Origin: an archaeon
Lineage (GTDB): Archaea; Micrarchaeota; Micrarchaeia; Anstonellales; Bilamarchaeaceae
Direction of reading: 5' to 3'
DNA length: 64,000 bases
NCBI GenBank assembly: GCA_020053355.1
Contig: JAGVNI010000007.1
Span: 5,557 to 69,556 of the forward strand
Shown here in pieces: positions 57,520 through 64,000 of this stretch (its first letter is position 1; every line of letters begins with the position of its first letter). The notes under the pieces were generated by a model. That model was not told where the DNA came from. It saw nothing but the letters and a program-made list of their open reading frames with translations, and ran no database searches. Position numbers and translations under genes: made by a program.

Positions 57520-59297
57520 ACCAGCGTCTGGACACGACCAAGCTTTTCTGCAACTGCCAGTCAGCCCTTGCCAATGAGGGGGAGGCCCCGAAATGCACAA
57601 TCACGCGCCGGCTGCATCCTGTCCTTAGCGAGATGGGCGAGGTGGACGAGGCATCGCAGGCCGAATTCGCGAAGGGGAGGGTGTTCGAATACCAGACGTT
57701 CGGGAACAACTGCCTTGTCGAGGCGGACGAGGAGCCCCCGTCGCTGCTGAATCCACAGGCGCTCGCAATCGCGCTCCAGGTAGCCCTGCAACTGAACGCC
57801 ACGCCGGTTGGCGAAATCCACATCATGAGGAAGATGGTCATAGACGGGAGCAACACCTCCGGTTTCCAGAGGACCGCCATCGTGGCGGTCAACGGGCATC
57901 TTGACAGCTCCAAGGGAACAATCCGGATCCCGCTTATCGCAATCGAGGAAGAAAGCGCCGGAATCGTATCCTCATCCGAAGGGAAGGCCACCTACCGCCT
58001 CGACCGGCTGGGAATCCCGCTAATCGAGATAACTACTGCTCCTGACATAAAGGACGGGGAGCACCTTATCGAAGTCGCCGAGAAAATCGGGATGATGCTG
58101 CGGGCGACCGGCAAAGTGGCGCGGGGCCTCGGGACCATCAGGCAGGACGTCAACATCTCGACCGAAGGCGGGGCGCGCGTCGAACTCAAAGGGGCGCAGG
58201 ACCTCAAGATGCTTCCGCAATACGTCGAAACCGAGGTGAACCGGCAGCTCCTCCTCCTCAAACTCCTCCTGGAACTGCGCTCGCGCAAAGTCCTCCCGAT
58301 AAAGGAGCACATAGTGGAATTCAGCGACATTTTCCGTGCCACGAAGCCGGGGCTGATTGCCGCCGGAATCAAGAACGGTTCTGCCGTCTTAGGGCAGAAA
58401 CTGCCCGAACACGAGGGCCTTCTGGGGATGGAGCTCCAGCCTGGCAAACGCTACGGAACGGAACTCAGCGATTATGCGAAAAAAGCAGGGGTGAAGGGCA
58501 TCATCCACAGCGACGAGGAATTAGACAAGTACGGCATCTCGGAAGAAGAGGAGAAGGCTGTGCGCGATGCCCTTGGAGCGTGGGAGAACGACGCATTCGT
58601 CCTGATTGTGGCGCCACTCGAGCAGGCGAAAAAGGCCATGGGGTTCGTCCTGGAGAGGGCGAACATGGATTTTGTCCCCGGCGAGACGCGCAAGGCGAAT
58701 CCTGATGGGACATCCTCCTTCATGAGGCCTCTTCCGGGCCGGGCGAGGCTCTACCCGGAGACCGACGTGCCGCCAATTCCCCTTGGAAAGGAGCTGCTGG
58801 CGGCGGTCGAGCTGATGGAATCGCTCGAAGACAAGAAATCCCGGCTGGAAAAGATGCTGAATAAGGAGATGGCCGGGCGGATGCTCAAATCCCGGTATCT
58901 CCACGTCTTCGAGAAGCTGGTGGAGGGCGGGGCCGACCCCATGCTGGTCGCAACGACGCTGGAAGACACGCTCGTCTCGCTCCGGCGCGAAGGGACAGAA
59001 TTCAGCGACATAGAAAAGGCGCTTTCCGAGCTTTTCAATGAATACAAGGGCGGCTCTTTCGTGAAAGCCGCCATTCCCGAAGTCCTAAAAGGCATGGCCA
59101 AGGGCGCCCGCGTCGATTCGGTCCTGAAAGTCTACCGCCTCCAGAAGATAACCGGGGAAGCCCTCGGGGCAATAGCCATGGAGCACGACTTCGACATGAA
59201 AATAATCATGCAGAAATACCGCCTCCAGGTTGACGCCAAGGAAGTCGCGGAAGTCATCAAGGAGGGCAAGAAGGAGCAGGGCAAGGACTTCATCTAG
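57498..59297 (+). CDS. gatE: Glu-tRNA(Gln) amidotransferase subunit E
   Basis: Typical GatE N-terminus MKIGIEIHQRLDT.KLFC.C and a GatB/YqeY-like C-terminal domain; 599 aa. Confidence 0.9.
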   Translation: MKIGIEIHQRLDTTKLFCNCQSALANEGEAPKCTITRRLHPVLSEMGEVDEASQAEFAKGRVFEYQTFGNNCLVEADEEPPSLLNPQALAIALQVALQLNATPVGEIHIMRKMVIDGSNTSGFQRTAIVAVNGHLDSSKGTIRIPLIAIEEESAGIVSSSEGKATYRLDRLGIPLIEITTAPDIKDGEHLIEVAEKIGMMLRATGKVARGLGTIRQDVNISTEGGARVELKGAQDLKMLPQYVETEVNRQLLLLKLLLELRSRKVLPIKEHIVEFSDIFRATKPGLIAAGIKNGSAVLGQKLPEHEGLLGMELQPGKRYGTELSDYAKKAGVKGIIHSDEELDKYGISEEEEKAVRDALGAWENDAFVLIVAPLEQAKKAMGFVLERANMDFVPGETRKANPDGTSSFMRPLPGRARLYPETDVPPIPLGKELLAAVELMESLEDKKSRLEKMLNKEMAGRMLKSRYLHVFEKLVEGGADPMLVATTLEDTLVSLRREGTEFSDIEKALSELFNEYKGGSFVKAAIPEVLKGMAKGARVDSVLKVYRLQKITGEALGAIAMEHDFDMKIIMQKYRLQVDAKEVAEVIKEGKKEQGKDFI

Positions 59298-59445
59298 GCC
59301 CGAAAGCCCACATCTTTTGTATGTCCCCATATTCCCGGCGGCGTTGCGTGGTGTTTTTTTTCGATTTTTCTTTAATTAATAAAAAATTTCCACATCAAAG
59401 GGCCAAATTTCGCTAATTGTGTATAAATGTGGAAGATATATAAAT

Positions 59446-59455
59446 CTTCGATGCG
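59446..59455 (+). promoter_or_regulatory. TATA-box-like element upstream of the glycosyltransferase gene
   Basis: atatataaat in an AT-rich gap, about 20 bp upstream of the ATG at 59470. Confidence 0.4.
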
Positions 59456-59469
59456 TAATATTATCCACT

Positions 59470-60897
59470 ATGCAAGGCTCCAGCCCCTCCCAAGTCCAGA
59501 TGCCGCAGAAGATGGCATACCTCCACTTCGGGAGCCGCTTCCCGTTCCCTGTCAATCCCATTTTCTTCGGGCAGACGTTCGTGATGGGAAACCTGACAGC
59601 CGCAACGAGATACGCAGATGAGCGCCGCAACTTCGTGCTTCTCCGTGAAATCAACGAGCCGCTTTCCGAGTCCCTTATGGGCAAGAAATCCCAGGAGCTT
59701 GCAAAAGCCCGCTTCAATACCGATGTCAGAATAGGATACAAAATCGAGGCTTTGGAGAATGTTACGGGGCTTATCCGGAGCCTCGCAGACGACGGTTACC
59801 ACAGCGCCCTCGTCTTCCATTTCCCGGTGAGCCCGGACACTCAATACGCTTACGCCCTCCGCAAGTCCCTCGAGGCCAGCGGCCTGATAGGCCATGCTTC
59901 AGTGCACTTCTACCTCCACACCAATGCCGACAGCCACTATCACAGGCCGGATGATGAGATGTTCTCGGTCTACCATGCGGCAATGAGCCGCGCGTCGGAT
60001 GGCATAATCGGCGTCAGCCAGGCTGTCCGCGATAATTTCGTTAAAATCCGCGTAAGGGACGGTGGCGAGGATCTGGGGCTGAACCCGGATAAGGCCTTTG
60101 TCGTCCGCAACGGCATCGACCCCCACATCTACGTCATCAAGGACGAGCGCGAGGTCAGGGAAGCCCGGCTGGATTTGGGTTTGGCGGATGGGCTGGAGAA
60201 GATTGTCTCGTTCGTTGGCAGGATGGACAGGCTGAAAGGCAGCGATTACCTCATCAAGGTCCTAGAATACTTTGAAGCGAGCAAAGAACCGAAAGATTCC
60301 AATACCGGGTTCATCATCGGCACATCGCACCTGCTCAATGTGGCCCAGGCATCCAAGCCTTTCAAAGGCCTGCTGAGGATGCAGAGGCTCATCCGCGAGG
60401 ATCGCCTGAAAGTAGTAATAGACATCTCCAAATACACGCGCGGCGACCCCAGGTTCAGGGAGAACGTGGAATACATGCTCTTCGATTATGCGCTTGCGCA
60501 CGGCCTCCAGAACGCGCTGAATGACACGCTCTTTTCGCAGATGTACGGAGGCACGACGAACGTCCCGGTGCAGACGATATCCGACATCTACCTCCACCCG
60601 TCCCGGAGCGAGGCATTCGGCCTGGCCATACTGGAGGCGGTGTTCGGGGGCGCATACGTCGTATCAACGCCTGTGGGCGGCATCCCGGAAATCATAGTGG
60701 ACGAGCGCCTTGGGACGCTTGTGCCAATAGATAGCGATAAAAACACATTCGTGAAAAAGCTGATTATGGCTATTTGTGGTTCAAAGAAGCCGGACCAATA
60801 CGACCGCGCCGGCCTTGAATCATATTTCGAGTCATATACTGACCGGGCCATGTTCGAGCAGTTCGAAAAGGCAATCCGCGGGGGGATGGAAAGATGA
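59470..60897 (+). CDS. GT4-family glycosyltransferase (GT-B fold)
   Basis: C-terminal EAFGLAILEA (E-x7-E) donor-binding motif and GG.PE; started at the ATG 20 bp after the TATA element (ORF-track GTG at 59419 lies inside the promoter). Confidence 0.7.
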   Translation: MQGSSPSQVQMPQKMAYLHFGSRFPFPVNPIFFGQTFVMGNLTAATRYADERRNFVLLREINEPLSESLMGKKSQELAKARFNTDVRIGYKIEALENVTGLIRSLADDGYHSALVFHFPVSPDTQYAYALRKSLEASGLIGHASVHFYLHTNADSHYHRPDDEMFSVYHAAMSRASDGIIGVSQAVRDNFVKIRVRDGGEDLGLNPDKAFVVRNGIDPHIYVIKDEREVREARLDLGLADGLEKIVSFVGRMDRLKGSDYLIKVLEYFEASKEPKDSNTGFIIGTSHLLNVAQASKPFKGLLRMQRLIREDRLKVVIDISKYTRGDPRFRENVEYMLFDYALAHGLQNALNDTLFSQMYGGTTNVPVQTISDIYLHPSRSEAFGLAILEAVFGGAYVVSTPVGGIPEIIVDERLGTLVPIDSDKNTFVKKLIMAICGSKKPDQYDRAGLESYFESYTDRAMFEQFEKAIRGGMER

Positions 60898-61277
60898 CAA
60901 CTCATCGGCCAAAGAATTTCGACCGCATTACCAGCGCCATGCTGCTGCGCCTTGAAGGCCACGGCCTGGAAACCGGCCAGAAGCTCACTCTCATACGTCT
61001 GGCAAAAGACTCCGAAATCGACCACGGGGTGTCCTGGGGCGGTTCGAAGAAGATGGTCACGGATGTCCTCCGAATCATCAACGATAAGCGCAAGAGGGAC
61101 GGAAGGCCGGCCATGGACGAAAACGAACTTCGGGATGCCGTGCGCGCCCTGCTTGGCGGGAAGAGGAAAGAGCCGCTTGTCGAGGAGCTTTCCGACGCGC
61201 TTTCAAACCTGCGCGAAGAGAAGCTGGGAATCCGGAAAGTCAAGCCGCTAACGGACGATTTAAAGAGAATCGCATAA
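60894..61277 (+). CDS. hypothetical protein
   Basis: 127-aa ORF whose ATG overlaps the glycosyltransferase stop (ATGA); preferred over the fully overlapping antisense ORF 60902..61282. Confidence 0.35.
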   Translation: MTTHRPKNFDRITSAMLLRLEGHGLETGQKLTLIRLAKDSEIDHGVSWGGSKKMVTDVLRIINDKRKRDGRPAMDENELRDAVRALLGGKRKEPLVEELSDALSNLREEKLGIRKVKPLTDDLKRIA

Positions 61278-61321
61278 CCCATAAGCCGCTTATTTTATCC
61301 TTTTCGAACCATATTGGGTTC

Positions 61322-61879
61322 GTGGTCAATCCCTGCTCCCTCTGCGATGCCAACTGCTGCAAGAGCTACCTGATTACCGCGACAGCGTTCGATGTCTTGC
61401 GCGTCGTGGAGCGCACAGGCCGGCCGGCATCTGATTTCGCCATGCTGCACCAGGCTCGCATACTCGCATTCGACCCGGACAGCACGCTCGATATGGAGGA
61501 CGAATCGTGGATTTATCTTCTGGGTTTCATTTCCCATCCCTGCGTTTTTTTGGAAAAAAACCGCTGCCAAATCCACGAATGCTCCCCGATGGCCTGCCGG
61601 CGTTTCCCATTCATGCTCGATGGCTTGTTGAACACGCGCTTCTGCCCCCTCTCATCCCAGCTCGTTTTCCGCCTGAAAGGCGCCAGCATCACGGCCGAAG
61701 AGCTTAAGCACGAGAACGAGGCGCATAAGCGGATTGTCAAGGAATGGAATGCGAAACCCGGGAAGCTGAAAGACTGCCTGTCATTCCTCCTGAAGCGGGC
61801 CGGGGAGATGCGAGACAGTGCGGATTCCGGCCTGCCTCAATTGGCAGAGAAGAAAAAAACAGGCGGAAAGAAGCGTTAA
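61322..61879 (+). CDS. YkgJ-family CxxCxxCC putative Zn/Fe-binding protein
   Basis: CSLCDANCCKSY motif; paralog of the 19950..20714 protein; Lys-rich C-terminal tail. Confidence 0.5.
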   Translation: MVNPCSLCDANCCKSYLITATAFDVLRVVERTGRPASDFAMLHQARILAFDPDSTLDMEDESWIYLLGFISHPCVFLEKNRCQIHECSPMACRRFPFMLDGLLNTRFCPLSSQLVFRLKGASITAEELKHENEAHKRIVKEWNAKPGKLKDCLSFLLKRAGEMRDSADSGLPQLAEKKKTGGKKR

Positions 61880-61912
61880 GCCGCTCAGGTTCATTCTCCT
61901 CCCCCGTCGTTT

Positions 61913-63061
61913 TCAGATGCTGCCTTTCGCCTTTTTGCCACCCTTGCGCCTAAGGAAGTACACCGCCACTCCTGCGAGCAGCAGGATGAGGAGCAGCAAT
62001 CCTGCGATGACGATGGGCGAACTAAACAGCGCAGTGCCCTTGCCTTCCTCACCGCCAGCAGCAGGAAGCGCGGTGATCGCCACGGTCTTTACGACAGTCC
62101 CATTTTTCACCAGCGATACGTTGTAGCTCCCCTTGATTCCCAGGGGCAGCCGGATTCTCCCGTTTTCATCAGTCCTACCGCCCTTGTCCGCTCCTGTCGG
62201 GTCGGTCACCACGTAATCGCATTGCCTGCACGGCCCGCCGCCGGATGTGGCATTGCAGGTTATCTCGATTCCGGCTGTCGCAGAGGGCGGGCAGTCGATA
62301 TCGTCCGGCACGCACTCGTTATTGATGCATGTGAACCCCAGGCTGCAGGACGGGCAGCCGGTCGCATTTCCGCACTGGTATAGTGCCAGAGTATGGTTCG
62401 ATACGCTGCCGCAGCCCTCGACGGGTATGCAGTGGCCTTTTGATGCGCCTACCGCTGCGAAGTAACAGAACTCCAAATCCGGGCAGTCCCCGTCCTTGCT
62501 GCATGAGCCCGTCTCAGGTTCCTGGGGGATGCCGACGCAAGTGTGGTTTTCGCACTGTTGGTTTTCGCCGCAATCGGAATCCGAGCAGCATTCATACGGG
62601 TTGCACTGGTGCGCCGTGACAACGCCGCAGTCGCAGGGCACCGGAAGGCACTCGCCCGCATTGCAGTACTGGTTGTCTGGGCAATCGTCATCTGAGATGC
62701 AGCCGGCGCACTCCTCGCATGCGATTAGCGTCACGACTGTGACATTCATCTCATAATCCGGATTTGTCGCCTTGATATCCACTTTAGCCCCGCATCCTTC
62801 GAAAGTGAACCTTCCCTGGGCATCGGTGTCACCATAAGCCACCGGGGTGGCGTCCGCGGTTTTTTTCACAGACAGGTGGACGTTCGGGATGGGTAAACCG
62901 TCCTTGTCAACCACGCTCACCAGATTGCCATCGCATGTCGAGTTGAGCGTGACAATCATGTGCGCGGTTTCATCATCATCGTCTCCTGGCCCAGACGGAA
63001 GGTACGGAAATGCAATCCCAACCGCCAGGGTCAATGCTATAAGCAGTGCAATCAGTCTCAT
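61913..63061 (-). CDS. Cys-rich secreted surface protein with C-terminal TM anchor
   Basis: Signal peptide MRLIALLIALTLAVGIA; repeated modules of type D-x-D-C-P-D/E-N-Q-Y/Q-C-x-x-G/H-x-C (about 40 Cys); sequons; C-terminal hydrophobic helix plus RRKGGKKAKG tail. Confidence 0.5.
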   Translation of the reverse strand: MRLIALLIALTLAVGIAFPYLPSGPGDDDDETAHMIVTLNSTCDGNLVSVVDKDGLPIPNVHLSVKKTADATPVAYGDTDAQGRFTFEGCGAKVDIKATNPDYEMNVTVVTLIACEECAGCISDDDCPDNQYCNAGECLPVPCDCGVVTAHQCNPYECCSDSDCGENQQCENHTCVGIPQEPETGSCSKDGDCPDLEFCYFAAVGASKGHCIPVEGCGSVSNHTLALYQCGNATGCPSCSLGFTCINNECVPDDIDCPPSATAGIEITCNATSGGGPCRQCDYVVTDPTGADKGGRTDENGRIRLPLGIKGSYNVSLVKNGTVVKTVAITALPAAGGEEGKGTALFSSPIVIAGLLLLILLLAGVAVYFLRRKGGKKAKGSI

Positions 63062-63165
63062 ACCTCCTGATTTACCCGTCAACTCTTATTAACGCATCCG
63101 GAAGGGGCAAGCCGCCGTTACACCGCTATTTAACCTTTCCAAACGCGATTACCCATCCGGTTTCC

Positions 63166-64000
63166 ATGCCAAAGAAAGCCATGCGGACATACCAGACACT
63201 GTCATTGCTCTATGCCGGAACCTTCGCCTTCACTGCCGGGCTTTTCCCGTTCATCCTGATGGCGAAGGGGATGGACTCGTCAGCGATAGCCCTGTATTTC
63301 GCGATATACTCGTTCTGCGCGTTGGTGCTTGAAGTGCCATCCGGCGCATTCGCAGACGCATACGGGAGGAGGAATGCGATAGCTCTCGGTTTCCTGCTCC
63401 AGATAATCTTCATCCCGGCATTCATCATCCTGCCAGGTGGGGCGCTTTTCACCATTTTCGCATTGGTTGTGGCGGCAGCCGATTCGATGATGTCCGGCGC
63501 CGCAGAGGCGTACTCAGTCGACATGCTGAAAGAAAGGGAACGGATGGATTACACCCACCGCCTGCTTTCAACAGGGCGGACCTACAAGTTCGCCCTCTTC
63601 CTGGTCGGCTCTTTGGTGGGGGGCGTTGCCGGGGGTGTCTCAATCGACCTCCCGATGGCCCTTTGCTTCCCATTCGCCCTGGGGGGTTTGCTCTATTCAT
63701 GGTTCAGTCTGGAGGATGACGCCCCGAAAACCAGCCTGGGCAAGGCTGAACGAAGCATCATGAAGAAAATGTCCCTTTCCCTCGCGGAATCCGTCCGGAG
63801 CCCGTCCATCGGGATAGTCTATCTCATCACCCTGCTGCTGGGCCTTGGGACGTTCGGCCTTTTCCTCTATTGGCAGATTACGCTGAATTCGATGGCCGGC
63901 TGGGGCCCGGATAAGATGGGCTTCTTCTTCGCAATGGTTAGCCTCTGCGTCATAATAGGCTCGAAGCTCTCCGCATCCATCCTGCCGGGCTGGAAGGAAG
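63166..64000 (+). CDS. MFS transporter (5' partial, runs off the window)
   Basis: Open frame to the window end with multiple TM helices and the MFS loop motif SGAFADAYGRRN between TM2 and TM3. Confidence 0.6.
   Translation, partial: MPKKAMRTYQTLSLLYAGTFAFTAGLFPFILMAKGMDSSAIALYFAIYSFCALVLEVPSGAFADAYGRRNAIALGFLLQIIFIPAFIILPGGALFTIFALVVAAADSMMSGAAEAYSVDMLKERERMDYTHRLLSTGRTYKFALFLVGSLVGGVAGGVSIDLPMALCFPFALGGLLYSWFSLEDDAPKTSLGKAERSIMKKMSLSLAESVRSPSIGIVYLITLLLGLGTFGLFLYWQITLNSMAGWGPDKMGFFFAMVSLCVIIGSKLSASILPGWKE

Noticed and set aside
57476-57991. 171-aa minus-strand ORF
   Set aside because: Antisense to gatE.
60902-61282. 126-aa minus-strand ORF fully overlapping 60894..61277
   Set aside because: The + strand ORF is translationally coupled (ATGA) to the upstream glycosyltransferase and continues the + strand operon. 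The antisense frame is Ser/Arg-rich, typical of GC-rich noise.

Overview
This is a high-GC, gene-dense (about 60 CDS) chromosomal segment from an archaeon. Archaeal markers include RadA, Pelota, AglB/STT3 with a WWDYGHW motif, GatD/GatE, archaeal/eukaryotic-type TrpRS, archaeal riboflavin synthase, CTP-type riboflavin kinase fused to an HTH (RbkR-like), FtsZ and PyrD/PyrK. I cannot place the lineage from sequence alone. Housekeeping content is proline biosynthesis proBAC, riboflavin genes, pyrimidine synthesis, FtsZ, tRNA-dependent Gln amidotransferase and N-glycosylation. The most unusual region is a co-directional ~10.3 kb array (about 8.5-18.9 kb). It holds a phytoene/squalene-synthase-family gene, three paralogous PaaK/F390-synthetase-like adenylate-forming ligases, two paralogous GNAT acyltransferases and a BKACE (DUF849) beta-keto-acid cleavage enzyme, with proBAC embedded. 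It looks like an undescribed small-molecule (N-acyl amine/amino-acid?) biosynthetic operon that contains an internal ligase+GNAT duplication. Other notable items are: a GGDEF (GGEEF) diguanylate-cyclase-like protein in an archaeon; a membrane-anchored extracellular protein built from three thioredoxin-fold repeats (CxxC ... YNIT-x-[LV]P), plus a second secreted Trx-like protein and Cys-rich surface proteins; a ~190 bp noncoding stretch packed with five consecutive inverted repeats; a 67-bp duplication of the gatE 5' end that creates an overlapping leader ORF; a fused riboflavin synthase-lumazine synthase ORF inside a mosaic archaeal/bacterial riboflavin pathway; a bacterial-type (type I) GAPDH; and a compositionally atypical low-GC gene of unknown function. 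I recognised no rRNA, tRNA or CRISPR array.
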